The notes under the pieces are model-generated. The model searched no databases, was not told the DNA's origin, and was given only the letters and a program-made list of their open reading frames with translations. A DNA stretch of 64,000 nt from Octopus bimaculoides (lineage: Eukaryota), in contig NC_068986.1 of assembly GCF_001194135.2 (NCBI RefSeq), forward strand, positions 65,945,778 through 66,009,777, in the 5' to 3' direction. Positions 39,536 through 53,907 of the stretch are shown piece after piece; the stretch's first letter is position 1; the number at the start of each line of letters is the position of its first letter. Made by a program: the position numbers and the translations under genes.

Positions 39536-42500
39536 AGTAATATAAAAATATATTGTTCAAGCTTTATCAAATCAAATAATAACATAAAAGAATTAAACAT
39601 AATTTTTGTTGATCGGTTAATTGTTAAGATAGAATTTCAGGGTGAAGTTGCTCTAAGAAGGAAGACTGCTGCACCTGAAAAGTGGGATAACATAGAGATG
39701 ACGAAAAAGGATATGAGTCATGTTAAGTGGCGTATACAGCTACATATTTCAATGTAGCATATGCGGTTGTAGTTACCGGGAAATGAAAGAATGCGTCAGA
39801 TTGTCAGAACTTAACTCTTTCTATTAGAATTGGCTCGGGAGTGCGAGAGAAAGAATGAGACGGATAAAAGACAGACAGGCAGGAAGAGACTAAGAGAGAG
39901 GATTTAAGGCGTTAAAGTAGAATCATCTTTAATCGAACAGACCTATGGTCAAAACTGAACTACACAGCTTAATATATCCTTCTCTCTTGACGACAATAGG
40001 TATGATTTGAGAGAGATTCAAAGCTATTTATATCATTTGAGAGAATTTGGAAACGAGAGATAAGTAGTTTGCAAGATCAGAGAGATTTCTCTTTTTGGTA
40101 ATGGGACACACTGAAGTATGTATATTTTGAAAGTACATTTCAGTGCAGAGATAAAGAATTGAAGACGTTGGCGAGGCTATTGGCTAATTGCACAGTTAAC
40201 CTTATTTGCACGTTAAACTGTTAATTGCATTGTTAAATGTGATACCATCGGAACCAGTCAAGTTGATGAATTGAAGTGAACAGAGAAGAAGTAGGTAGAT
40301 ATTTACGGAAAAAGAAAAATTTAGCTAACTCTAGAAAAGTATGAGATGATTTTAATCTTTTTATTCATAGAGATAACTGTCTGGCAAATTGGTGTTTGCA
40401 ACACTTGAATCTAGTAACATTTCTCTATATTGGTTACTCAATCATAATATTTAGGAAGATTCGTGCGTTTCACAGCATAGTTTGTACATTGTCATCACTG
40501 TCTGTGTTTCTAGTTTACAGACCAGAAATTACTAGCTGTACATCAACTTTTCATTCAATAAATGAACACAGGTGGGCCTTCAATCTATGTGTTAAGATCA
40601 GTAAGTATTTTTTTTTTTTGTATGTGAGATTATAGTGATAGCTATCGTTGCAATTTCATAATGAAGTTCAGTAATGATCACATCCAGTATGATATTATGC
40701 TCGAAAACCATAAATCACGTTACAGATGTGAGATCCACAAATGACTGATGGGATGCAAAAATAACAATTTACTTAAGCGTAACACAATTAAACCAATCAT
40801 TTTGATACCTCCGCAACACGCCATTGTGTCCTCGGTGTTTTTGTAGAAGGTACAGATACTTTCAGAGTGCGAAATTTCTCCTGACATTAAACCCAAAGAA
40901 ATAAGTAAACCATATGCTTGCGAATTTTGCTTGGAGTATTGAATGATTTTGGTTACACTAAATCTAACCTCCTTTGTTTCTCCCAGTCCGCACATATCCA
41001 GTATTAATCAATAAGATTATACAGTGTCAAATTATAAAAAAAGCAAACTCTAAATAAACTATTATCTCATATACATTACATAAAGCACATTAGGAACACC
41101 TAAACTGAGTTTTCATGTCTTTTCTGCAACGATGACGATTATTTGATTAAAAATGCAGGACATGGGACTGAATATTTACATTAAATTCTGCCGATATTCC
41201 AAGGATGCTGATACATATAACAAGATAACATAAGCAAATCCTTTAACGTGGAGTAGACGAAATCCTAACGAATTAGTGCATCTAAAACTTTTATTCCTTT
41301 CATTCAGTTTAAAGCGTATATAAATATTAACTATTAACATAGATACAAGACCCTCAGATTTTATGGGCTAATTTAAGCGAATATATCGATTTCAGTACTT
41401 GACTGGTACTTATTTTATCAACTTTGAAAAGATGGAAGGCAACATGAATCTAGGCGGGATTTGAACTCAGAATCTAGCTAAATAACGCATGATGTTTTAA
41501 GTGAGTTTGCAGCCACAAATTTTTGGAGGGTGTTGTCAATTAAATCGGTGCAGTACATCACTAGTATTTATGTCATCGACAGCTTGGAAGGTTGGAAGGC
41601 AATGTCACTTCAAGGAAGGATACGAAATCAGAAAGTAAAGAAATGCAACTAGTCACTGTATGGCATTTAATCCATCAATCTATCATTTCGGCCTATTACA
41701 CAACCCTCTAGATTCAAATAAATATCGATTTCTGGCATAAGCACAGGGCCATATATTGGTGCTTGACTGATTCATTATTTTATTGACCTGGAGAGGATGA
41801 AAAGCAAAAGTTGAAAGATCTATGGCAATAAATCCTTTCTTGTAGAACTTCATCAGCAGCATTATCAATATCTTAATGTCCATGTGTCCAGACTGACATG
41901 AATTGAATAGATTTGTTGTATAGTATATTACCACAAGGTGTTGGCATTCCTTCCATATGACCATCATCCTAAATACACCTCTGTTTTTCCCTTTATCTTC
42001 CTCTTGGATGAGCAGCCTTCACTATTATCCTACAATAGCTTTTTACCCACGCTGTCCATTGACATCACTGCGTGATTAGCGGAGCGAATTAACTAACACA
42101 GAATGTCATAAACTGATGCATTCAACACATCTTAACAATCCCCTCTGTTTTTAACTCTTTGGAAGCTAATTTACTTGATGTGGTAAACTTCTGTACCGCT
42201 GTTAATTTCAATGGGATTAGTCTATATTATTCGATTCATACTCCTCATTCAAGTTTAGGAGCTCGATGGCATACGAAAATTTAAAATAAAAAGAAAATAC
42301 CTTCCACCTTCTGGAGCTCTGAAGTCCTGTCTCTTGCTTCTGTGGCAACCGATCCAATTTCTTGCATAGTCATTGTTCACTAGAGGTTTTGAGGTTCAGA
42401 ACTTACGCTCTAATTCATGCTGCTTTTCTACTGCTTACACCAATGAATCTCACTCCATATAATATATGTTAATTCAAAGAAGCAGATGTTATTACTAAAA

Positions 42501-43088
42501 TTTATTTTCGCACCATTTCTGATAATAGCTAACGCTATAAAAGCAGGAGCAAGTGCACAGACCCTCGTTGTATTAATCTAAAGATCACAGGGTAATCGTA
42601 TAAAAACAAGACAACCAAGTGAACGCGATACCCAAGTAATGCCTCGTTTGAATCCAACAATATTATTATACTACCTGAGATAACATAATATTACTTCTGT
42701 GTGAATTGTTTTTGTCATAATTGTGTAGCAATATTATTTTTCTTCGCGTTCTGTACTAAATTTGTTTTTTAGCTTATAAAGCAAAGATCATTGTTTTCTA
42801 TTGTCTGCTTAGTTACAGTCTAGTAACTTAACGTCTTTAATGGTACTGGGGCGATACGTAAGTTGTATTAACACATTAACACATTAATATATCTCTTTGT
42901 TTTATTTGTTTCCGTTTCTAAAAATAGAATTACCATCCGTTTGTTACTCTTCCACATATATATATGCGCATATTTATGTGTATCTTTGAATGCATACGCA
43001 TAAATACACACACACATACATACACCACTCACACACGCATAACGCACACACATATGTGTGTGTGAGTGTGTGTGTCTGTGAGAGAGAG

Positions 43089-43162
<74 letters not shown>

Positions 43163-43391
43163 TGTATATATATATATATATATAAACATATTGATGTTCT
43201 CTAAAAATGATTAAAAACAACAAATAAAATTCAGTATGGATATAGAGNNNNNNNNNNNNNNNNNNNNNNNNNNNNNNNNNNNNNNNNNNNNNNNNNNNNN
43301 NNNNNNNNNNNNNNNNNNNNNNNNNNNNNNNNNNNNNNNNNNNNNNNNNNNNNNNNNNNNNNNNNNNNNNNNNNNNNNNNNNNNNNNNNNN

Positions 43392-43456
<65 letters not shown>

Positions 43457-43792
43457 CACATATACAATACAACAGTAACACAACAAAGGAACAAACGGAA
43501 AATTCACACGAGACGGGATCTTGCTAATTTTCTTCAGTTATCACCCAAAAGATTCTTACAATTTCACGCCTTTAACGATAATATTGTTCCTTTTTGGTGC
43601 AGACAGCAGCAGGAAGCTGCTGGGAATAGCGAGCGAACGTTGGGGACAGTGACGCAAGCAGTGACAGTCACAAAACCAGAAAGAACACTAATAAGAAGAA
43701 AAATGCGAGTACAAGCTGTTTATATTTTATTTTAATTTATTTTGATTATTTCATTTGGAAGAGAGGACTGCTACTCGATTGATTACTTTTAT

Positions 43793-43988
43793 CAACCTTT
43801 TAGCATTTAAATTATTCTGTCAAATGTAATGCTAATTTATTCACATTCTTTTGAATAAATTATGCAGTATTTCAATGATTTGTTGAATGGCATTGTAAAT
43901 TAGGTGTGAGGGGTTGGATCTGGTTTATTTGAACATAAAACAAGCAGAATACTTGGGCCTGATTTGGCCGATTTAAATGTTAGAGGGT
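43793..43988 (+). mobile_element. piggyBac-type MITE (copy without the nested insert)
   Basis: CCTTTTAGCATT..ATGTTAGAGGG ends; body matches 55634-56526 minus its insert. Confidence 0.7.
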
Positions 43989-44121
43989 TTGCAACTCGAT
44001 AGCAACAGAGAAAACAAAAGCATGCCTAGGAAAGGAATTCCTCGGGGCTTATGTTGTGAATGGAGGTGAGGTAGAATTGTGTATATTTGTTAACGAAGGA
44101 CATGGTGAAGAGACGCAGTAA

Positions 44122-45010
44122 CACAGAGTGTGAAAATATATAAAATATATCAAAAGCTTAATCTCTAGAAAGTACAGAAGTACAGGCATAGCTATATATA
44201 TGTATATACACGTACATACATACATACACACATACACGCACACACACATACGAAGAGAAGTCAAAAAAATTATCCGCACTTTCACCATAACATATCTTTA
44301 TTATTGTTACACTGCCTTCTGTGCATGCGTGCTTATAGTTGGTACTATTGTGGTCACGTGATCGAAGTTTGAGCCTGATCGTGCCATTCTTCTTTCTGGC
44401 TTTATAATGTAAGCATACTCGCTCCACAAAGCAATGTGCACCAAAGAAGAACAAAGAGCAGTGATCCGAGACGTGGTAATGGTGAACCGGTTCACCATCA
44501 CCATCTCTCGAGTTTGTTGAATCTTCTCGTCAGTGGTGGAGGTTGACGGGCATCCTTCTCCCTCTTCGGGTGTCTCGTTTGTCCAGCTACTTTTAAACTT
44601 CTCGATCCACTCATACACACTTCTACGTGGTAGTGCACTGTCCGCGTATTATACTAAAAGCCTCCGATGAATTTCAGTACCTGACACACCTGCCAACCAG
44701 AGAAATCGAATCACTGCTTTTTGTTCTTCTTTGGCACGCATTGCTAGTGGAGCGGCCATGCCTATACTGTAAAACCAGAAAGAAAAATGGCGCGATGAGG
44801 TTCACACTTCAATCACGTGACTACAATAGTACCAACTATAAGCACACATGCACACATGGCAGTGTGACAATAATAAAGATATGTTATGGCAAATGCTGTG
44901 TGTGTATATATATATGTATGTATGTATGTATCAATATATAGTTATGCCTGTACTTCTGTACCTTCTAGAGATTAAACTTTTGATATATTTTATATTTTTT
45001 CACACTCTGT
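44122..45010. repeat. Fold-back inverted duplication of a mariner 5' end plus flank
   Basis: Arms 44122-44469 and 44706-45010; spacer is mariner coding sequence (YEWIEKFKS..PSTSTTDEKI). Confidence 0.9.
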
Positions 45011-45060
<50 letters not shown>

Positions 45061-45419
45061 NNNNNNNNNNNNNNNNNNNNNNNNNNNNNNNNNNNNNNNN
45101 NNNNNNNNNNNNNNNNNNNNNNNNNNNNNNNNNNNNNNNNNNNNNNNNNNNNNNNNNNNNNNNNNNNNNNNNNNNNNNNNNNNNNNNNNNNNNNNNNNNN
45201 NNNNNNNNNNNNNNNNNNNNNNNNNNNNNNNNNNNNNNNNNNNNNNNNNNNNNNNNNNNNNNNNNNNNNNNNNNNNNNNNNNNNNNNNNNNNNNNNNNNN
45301 NNNNNNNNNNNNNNNNNNTCTCTCTCTCTCTCCCTCTCTTCCTTTGGGAATGCTCGATAGGTAGGTAGTAGTAAATTTGAAGGAATAGTTTAAGTACAGA
45401 GAATTGATGGCTTAAGCAG

Positions 45420-45620
45420 GAGTAGCCGAGGGAGGAGAGGAATAAGAAGGAGGAGGAGGAGGAGGAGGAAGAAGAAGAAGAAAAAGAAGAAGAAGAAGAA
45501 GAAGAAAAAGAAGAAGAAGAAGAAGAAGAAGAAGAAGAAGAAGAAGAAGAAGAAGAAGAAAAAGAAGAAGAAGAAGAGAGGTAGGAGTAGGGAATGAAGA
45601 GGAAGGAGAAAGAAAAGAAA
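45420..45620. repeat. (GGA)n/(GAA)n polypurine tract
   Basis: Directly visible. Confidence 0.95.
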
Positions 45621-45784
45621 AATACAGGAGTGCCTGTGACACAATAGATTGTTCGTGGAATCTTCTTTAATGGTGAAATGACCTAAAAGTGACCTGTTGC
45701 GGTCGTAGCAGTAGTGGTTGGAATTGCTCTAAATTCTTGTAGTAGTCATCTGCCGTGGAAGCATTCAAAATAGGTTTACATTTT

Positions 45785-47470
45785 GCCTAGGAATAGAGGC
45801 AATCCAATTCTGGATAGAGAATTACTCCAGTGATCTCCCACACCGCATCAAAAATGAATTCGTAATAGAAGGGCTAAAATTCATCTTGGAGAATAACTTC
45901 TTCGTATTTAATGACAACTTCTATCGACAAAATCGGGGACTGCGATGCGCACGCGAATGGCCTCCTCCTTTGCTAACCTAGTCATGGGGTACCTAGAAAT
46001 CAATCTTTATCATAAAGTACTAGAAAATACGGAAACCCATTCTCCTTGTACATAGAAAATAAATGGAAACGGTACCTAGGTGAATTCTTCATTCTTTGGC
46101 ATGAAAGTATAGAGAGACGTAAAGAATTTCATGCACTTTTGAATGGAATTGACATAAACATTCGATTTACGATGGAATATCGCCACCAACGACTTCCATT
46201 CCTCGACATTCTCATTAAGAAGTCCAACAGCAAAATAGAAACAGACATATACTATAAGCCCACAGACACCTAGCAATATCTACCGTTCAACTTATGCCAC
46301 CCCAGGCACATTAGAATGAATATCCCTTACAAACTGGCAAAAAGGATTTGCACTATAGTATCTGATACAAGACCCAGGGACACACGATTAAATGATCTAA
46401 AGGATACACGCAACAGCAGGAACTACTCACAATCACTAATTGATATAGGCTTCTGTCGTGCCTTACAGCTCGACATCCACGAACTCAGACATCCCAAACT
46501 AAAGAAGGATTTACAACCAAAAGTCCTACCATACATATCCACACACAACCCCTTAAACAATTAAGCCTTCGACACAATCCTCCAGAACATTCTTTTACTA
46601 AAAAGGGACCATAAAATGAATCAAATCCTCCAAACGTCCACCATCATAAACAGCAAAAGACAGCCCAAGCCAATGAAAAGTATCCTAACACAAGCCCAAG
46701 TACACTCGTAACAACATCGAAACCGACAGAAAAAATGTGGAACACCTAACTGTCAATCTTATTGCGTCAACCTAATTGAGGAATCGGAGTTCTCCTTCAA
46801 ACAGGGTTAGCGTTTTACAGTAAAAAAACATCTTCACATGTGCTTCGGAAAACTTGATATATGCATTAACTTGCTCAGGATGTCGAGAGCAATACATTGG
46901 TCAAACAAAAAGCAGTCTACGCCAGAGGATGACCGTACATAGAGCCCAGATTAAAATACGGGAATACAGAAAAGTAGCATTAAGTGAGCACATCGACATT
47001 TGCGCTATTAATGAAGAACTCAACTTTAGAATTTTTGCCCCTTTATAAATTTAGGGATAATGCAACCTATAATCAACGTATTTTCTTCTTCCCCGCCTTC
47101 TTCATCACCTTCTTCCTCGGCTGCTGCTGCTGCTGCTTAAACCATCACACTTCAGAACCAAATATTTTTCTGCACCCATAAACACAATTTTTTAGATCTG
47201 CTACTACCTACCTTACGAGCTTTCACAAAGGAAAAGTGAGAGGGAGAGAAAAAAGGAAAGGAAAATGTCCTACCTATTTGAAGACTAGAAATATTTACAA
47301 AACATTTCATTTAATTTTTTTTTTCAATTCAATTGCTTTTCTTCTTGATTAATATCCACCTTTGTTTTACTCTTAATTGACAAAGCCGAAAAGACAGAAA
47401 CCGGTAGTAACTGTTACAAAATGTATTTCATGATAAAATTATTTTAGCATCTACCTTGTCTTATGTTCTT
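45785..47470 (+). mobile_element. 5'-truncated Penelope-like element (RT plus GIY-YIG), pseudogenised, with probable pLTR
   Basis: FILENNFF..YRQ.RG.AM..ASSFANLVMG, WKRYLGE (decayed YxDD), LPFLDI, DIYYKPTD, HP.H..NIPY, LIYALTCSGC..QYIGQT..LRQRMTVH. Confidence 0.9.
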
Positions 47471-47517
47471 TATACATATCAACTCGTGTGTCACTTTTCA
47501 ACATTCTACGCGCCCGT

Positions 47518-47578
<61 letters not shown>

Positions 47579-48810
47579 CTTTTATATATTCTTTATTGAT
47601 ATTTAGCAGAAACAACGGGGTGACTCATGGGCGGGGAGTTTCGCGCGTTATTGCATACATATATGCATATATCGGTACATGCATGCATTAACACACATGC
47701 AAATACTTAAATATTTGCATACATAGATACATAACACAAGCATTCGTATGCGTATATATATATATATATATATATACACACAGACAATATACGTGTTTTG
47801 TGTGTGTAAGTGTGTCTATACATACATAAGTATATGCATGCATTCATGCATATATTTACATACATACAAGCGTAACACATACATCTGTATATGCATATAT
47901 CAATACACATACAATACATACATGCAAATATACATGCATACTTGCTTAGATACGAACACATCTTACTGCATATGTACTCAACAACAGTAAGAAGAAAATA
48001 TTAGTTGTCTATGATACAGTCTGTGTATCAAAGGGAATGAAATGAGAGAACGGTAAATCAATGACAGATGGGACAATCACATGATATAGATACATACGTG
48101 CAACCTTGTATGCATGCATACAATATTGCGTGCGTGTGCATGCGTGTATCTATGCGTGTGTATGTTTGTACATGTTTGTGTATTACAATTTTATATATAT
48201 ATTCTACAATATTCGGTATTGTTGGTGAATCCGTTTGTTACACAGTTAAGCAAAAGCTCTTTCTGTCTCTGTATCTCTCTCTCTCTTTTCCTCTCACCCT
48301 TTCTTTGTATATCTCTATCTCTATCGGTGTATGCTCGCGCGCGTCTGTGTGTGTCTGTGCGTTCTCATGTTTCAAAGAAATCTCATTTGAATTGATAAAG
48401 CTTTCATTTATTTCTACACTTGACAAAAACAAAACAAAAAGCTGTTTGTTCATCACGTGGTTTCCCCACCACGACCAACTGCACCACCGTCATGAACTCC
48501 ACTATTACCCCTTCACCGCTACTACCACTACCATAACTATCACCACCTCTATACCACCACAACTACTTTCACATTATCACTAACACCGTCAGCACCATCC
48601 CAATCATCACCATTTCTACCGTCATCATAACAATAACCATCAATCGCCACTCCACTATAACCACCACTACGACTAACATCACATTTACCAGGAGAGATCT
48701 TTGTTCATAGTGTGACTCAAAACGGATCGAAACCTTGCACTCAAGTTAAGTGCTACTCACGATTAAGTTGGGTGCGCTGCGATAATGTCTTATTGATATG
48801 AGTAACGTTT

Positions 48811-49243
48811 GTAAGGCGGCGAGCTGGCAGAAACGTTAGCACGCCGGGCGAAATGCTTAGCGGTATTTCGTCTGTCTTTACGTTCTGAGTTCAAATTCCA
48901 CCGAGGTCGAGTTTGCCTTTCATCCTTTCGGGGTCGATAAAGTAAGTACCAGTTGCGCACTGGTGTCGATGTAATCGACTTAATCCCTTTGTCTGTCCTT
49001 GTTTGTCCCTTCTATGTTGAGCCCCTTGTGGGCAATAAAGAAATAAGAAACGTAAATACGCCGGGTGAAATATTTAGCAGCATTTCGTCTGCCTTTATGT
49101 TCTGAGGTCAAATTCCGCCAAGGTCGACTTTGCCTTTCATCCATTCGAGATCGATAGAACAAGTACCAGTTGAGCACTGGGGTTGATGTAATCGATTTAA
49201 CCCCATCCCTAAGATTGCTGGCCTTGTGTCAGAATTTGGAACC
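48811..49243 (+). mobile_element. Two tandem SINE family B copies with different 3' tails
   Basis: 48811-49052 full length; 49058-49243 5'-truncated with the GGCCTTGTG tail. Confidence 0.9.
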
Positions 49244-49339
49244 AATATGAATAGCGTTTGTATTTTCTTGCTTTCCATTGGTGTTGGGGTGCTTTCAAAG
49301 TCTCTATTCATAGAATCAGTGTGTGTTTGGCGTGTGGTG

Positions 49340-50060
49340 TCCAGGTTGAGATTGGATTACGCATAGTTGAGATTGGATTACGCATAGTTGAGAAGGCATG
49401 AAGGATCATATCATCTGCAGAAGATTGGGCATTGTTTGACGTGGCATCAAATAGATCATTGATGTATTAAAGAGAGCCTAGGATAAAACCGAATCCTGAG
49501 GCACACTGAGTTGGTTGATAGAAGGATAGAAAGAGCTCCGATAATATATACCACGATGGCGTGATCTTATGGGAAGCTACGGGGCCGAGAGATGAGACAT
49601 GGATGGAACCAACATAGTGGGTTTGAGATTTTTTACTGGAGATTTGCTTACTGGATATGGTTGCTGCCTCCAGATATCAGTTTTGTGATATCTAGGGCAG
49701 CAACATTGTTTTTGTGGAAATTCTCTAAAGTGAAATCCCTCGTGGTAAGTGATATAAGAGTGTAGGTCTCCAGTGGAGCTGGTTTTGCAGAATCCGTATT
49801 AGTGGCTACTGGGGGAGAGAGAGATCCAAGGCGCTGAGGAACGTCATTGTTAAAGGTTGTCTCCTTAGATATGTTATGGATAATTGTGATGGGTCAGAGA
49901 ATTTGTCTTTCTCTGGAATGGGACACAATGAAGAGTGCTTCCAAATGTCAGGTTATATCCCAGAGTAAAGTGAGGAACTTGAAGAGTTTAATGAATGATG
50001 CAAGTTCTGAGACACAATGTTTGGGTGTAATAAAAAGAACTTTGGATTAACGGCCTTATT
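49340..50060 (-). mobile_element. Decayed CR1/Jockey-like LINE RT fragment
   Basis: YGFCKTSSTGDL, ALDI.K, VPQDSVLS, YINDLF..SADD; 21-bp tandem duplication at 49346-49394. Confidence 0.7.
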
Positions 50061-52354
50061 GTTTTAAAGCAATAAGAGGTATTTCTGTACTTGGACTGTG
50101 TATATACGAGGCGAGGAGCCTGTCGCCTCTACCATCATTATCACGATGACAACAACAATTCTGTCAATAAGAAGAGCTTCTATAAATAGAAAGTAGATCT
50201 GCAAAAGATTGAAATCTCTTAGAAATCAAATCCTACCGTCTTAAATACAGGAGGATAGGCAGAACAGTGTATTGTGATGTAATTGCTACACAAACAGACT
50301 GGAATTTAATTACGCTTCTAATCTATCAAGGCAAACCTTAGACTAAGCAACAACAATCACCACAGTACCAAAGCAATCGAACTATTATTTGATCTTTAGT
50401 TATGCTAGAAATAGCAGTCATATCTCTCTCAAATTACATCCTACCGTCTTCAAAATGTGACAGGCATTCTTATTTATATGCTCGATCAGAGTTGATGTAT
50501 GACTAAATAATACCATACACGGGTAATAATTTTGTTTTCTTTGGCTTTATCTAAAGCATGTTGCTGTACTTTTCATAGTTATTGTTGTTGTTCTTATCGT
50601 TGTTCTTGTTGTACTTGTTAGTCTCAGGTAAGCCCTATACGATTAGACTTATTTTGATCATGGACTCATCGACCATATCTTCAGCCAAACCTAGTATATC
50701 TAGTATTTCCCAAGCTTATGTGATCAACTATTCTCTTTTCTGACAACAATATGGAAATATGGCAAGTTTCTGATATACCGAACGACATATAGATGTTCAT
50801 TTGGTGGCAGATTGCTTATTAGTTCTCTAACTTTCACTTTATATCAACACAGTATCTGTCACGTTACTCAATTAATTTCGAAGCAATCGAAAAACAAATG
50901 GACAAGTCGAAATAATCATGAAATATCTATTGCGGCAGTCTCTGCAAAGTTGCTTGATCTGAAAGAAATATCATCTAAATCTCTCTTTATCACACTCCCA
51001 AAGAACGTCACAATAAAAAATTTTGTCTTTGAGACACCTAAAAAAACATTCAAATATAAATTCATCTTTATTTCACCTATTATTTAGATACGAATCAAGC
51101 TACAAGCCTACTTGTTTCGTATTGTCATTAGTAATGAGTAGCATCCCTTGTCCTGAAACCTACTTCAACTTATTCAGTAGTGTTTAGGTACCTTGGATAG
51201 GTAAAGCTCGCAACTATAAATAGTGAAATATAATCCTTGCTTTCAATACGGGCACAAAACCTAAAAAGTATGGGGAGGGGATGTGTCGATTACATTGACT
51301 CTAGAATGGGACTGATACTTTATTTTAACAACCCTACAGAGGACAATATTAGTAAATATTTATAAGGCAAGTCAATGCTAATTGCGCTTGTAGTCAAAGC
51401 AAGATTAAGCTCCGGCTGGGTTTGCAGCATACGTTTGAACGAGGCTCCTATACAATTATATAAACTATTGCTTCATATCTGCCAGAAAATATAAACGCTT
51501 CAGTTGTGTTTCATGAGCGTAAGCATAGCTATACAGTTCAGAAGTTAACTTGGTAATCCCTCTTCCGGTTTCGAGTAGATAGCAACTCTATGAATGAAAC
51601 TGGGTGAAACTGTGAAGAAATTAGATGGTGTATGTACCTGTTGTTAACACCACCACCTCACCTTAGGTGCCTTTATCAGAGGCCACTCTGTCATAACTAT
51701 TCGGAACAGGCTTCCAGTCTAAGGATAACTCGATAAGTTGATATTTTCATAAATATATTTAAAGTAATTAGCATTAAAACTTCACAACAGAAACGCTAAC
51801 TCAAACTTGACGTTTAAATAAGATTATATCTTCGACATTTGACATGAGCGAACTTGTTTAAAATACTGGAAATATCTATTGCTCACAGAAGTTCATGTTC
51901 ATTCGAGCAAAAATGTTTAATCTGCTTAAATTCCCAATGTAATGTTGTTGGTTTTTTTTTTTTCTTTATCCTTTTGATCTTTAAGAGTAAACTAATCACT
52001 GCAGCAATTCGCAATCGCAAGAGACAAATATGTCGGTAAAGCAGTTTCAACATTTGGAAAACAAAATTCTAAAAGATTGTCTGTTATCAGAAGGTAAAAC
52101 TAAAATTAAACTAGACAGAATTTTGTTTTTACTAATATCAACAGTTCAGCTGGGCACTGAATTGCCAAATCTTTTCTCCTAATTTTCCTTCCAAATCTAC
52201 CTGTTTGCCATATTTTGTGAAATAACTTTAAAAGGTAATAGAATTCAAATGCATATTTCGTCTTCAATGTATAAAATAATCTTCAATGACCAGAAAGGTG
52301 TCAGTTTCAAATTCTTTAGAAAAGTCCTGGGTTTTTAACAAGTGCATTACTTGT

Positions 52355-52639
52355 GAAGGCGCATGGCTTAGTGGTTAGGGTATTCGGCTCGCGATCATAG
52401 GATCGCGAGTTCGATTCTCGGCAGCGCGTTGTGTCCTTAAGCAAGACACTTTATTTCACGGTGCTCCAGTCCACTCAGCTGGCAAAAATGAGTAGTACCT
52501 GTATTTCAAAGGGCCAGCCTTTTCACACGCTGTGCATGCTGAATCTTCCGGAGAACTATGTGAAAGGGTGCGCGTGTCTGTGGAGTGCTCAGCCACTAGC
52601 ACGTTAGTCTCACGGATCAACTGCAACCCTCGTCTGCCA
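52355..52639 (+). mobile_element. SINE family C1
   Basis: tRNA head (TGGCTTAGTGGTTAG, GAGTTCGATTC), GTGTCCTTAAGCAAGACACTT block, GTACCTGTATTTCAAAG tail. Confidence 0.9.
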
Positions 52640-52729
52640 GTACTTGCACCAGAAACAAAATCATCGTATATCCCATTCTACTAGGGGAACCTGCTGTCTT
52701 TCTTTATCTTTATATAACCGTATAATGAA

Positions 52730-53060
52730 AAAGCTCGCTTTGCAATCACGTGGTTTCGGGTTCAGTCCCACAACGCAGCACCAAGTATCTTCTTCTATAG
52801 ACCCAGGCCGATCAGCCAATGCCTTAGAGGGAAATTTCATAGACAGAAACTGTGTAGAAGCCTGTTGCGCGCGATTGTGCGTGTGTGTGTGTTCATTTGC
52901 TTACGTCCCCGTAACTTAGCGGTTTAACAAAGAGTTGAATAGAATAAGTACCAGACTTAAAAAAAAGAGTACTGGAATCGATTTGTTCGACTAAAACCCT
53001 GCGAGGCAGTGCCTCATCACAGATGCAATCCAATGATTGAAACAAGTAAAATATAAAAGA
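52730..53060 (+). mobile_element. SINE family A, degenerate
   Basis: GGGTTCAGTCCC, TTACGTCCCCGTAACTTAGCGG, tail. Confidence 0.8.
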
Positions 53061-53526
53061 TTTATATTTGCTGATAACTTCTCCATTGACCGAAGCCTTT
53101 GAATTTCTTTTCTATGTCTGAAAAAGCGGAATAGCCAACGAGCTTGTTTTAAGTCCATTAGATAGATTTGTTCAAATTGGGCCCCACACCAAGAGAGGGC
53201 CCCGCGCACACGCTCGAGTGGAGGACCCTATGATGAATTAGACATTTTCCAATTGCTTTGAGGATTTACTTAACAACATCCGTAATAGTCGCATCAGGTG
53301 AAAGAAGTTTTTCAAAATTAAAACTGATTAAAAATACCTTAGGTCAACAATTTCACGAAAGACACTAAATAATTTGGTGATGTTATCTATGGAAAATGAC
53401 ATTAAAAAAGCTATTGTCTTTTAAATGATTTTGAAAGACTTCTCAGATATAAAAGAAAAAAGCCAGAAAAGTCTATTCTTAGAAGGCCTGTTCACAAACA
53501 GTATGTCAGTAATTATCTTGACTTGT

Positions 53527-53907
53527 TGGCAGTCCGTCAGTTACAACGACGAGGGTTCCAGTTGATTCAATCAGCGGAACAGCCTGCTCGTGAAGTTAAC
53601 GTGCAAGTGGTTGAGCACTCTACAGACACGTGTACCCTTAACGTAGTTCTCGGGGAGATTCAGCGTGACACAGAGCATGACAAGGCTAGCCCTTAGAAAT
53701 ACAGGTACAACAGAAACAGGAAGAAAGAGTGAGAGAAAGTTGTGGTGAAAGAGTACAGCATGGTTCGCCACCATTACCTGCCGGAGCCTTGTGGAACTTT
53801 GGGTGTTTTCGCTCAATAAACACTCACAACGCCCGGTCTGGGAATCGAAACCTCGATCCTACGATGGCGAGTCCGCTGCCCTAACTACTGGGCCATTGCG
53901 CCTCCAC
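53527..53907 (-). mobile_element. SINE family C2 with 13-bp TSD
   Basis: Head and middle differ from C1, tail is the same. TATCTTGACTTGT at 53514-53526 and 53908-53920. Confidence 0.9.

Noticed and set aside
40521-40600. 80-nt segment with TTTACAG acceptor and GTAAGT donor
   Set aside because: No recognisable protein or partner exon; such sites occur by chance. RNA-seq would be needed.
43561-43700. GC-richer segment with a minus-strand GTAAGA donor (possible first exon)
   Set aside because: No homology or downstream exon can be supported from the sequence alone.
47377-47410. Possible hammerhead (TTGACAA..GAAACCGGTA) after the 46-kb PLE
   Set aside because: Position and the ACCGGT palindrome fit a pLTR, but the core is changed and stems I and II do not pair convincingly.
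583-48583. Numerous ORFs of HT/YI/CV/poly-L/X composition
   Set aside because: They are translations of microsatellites and N gaps, not genes.
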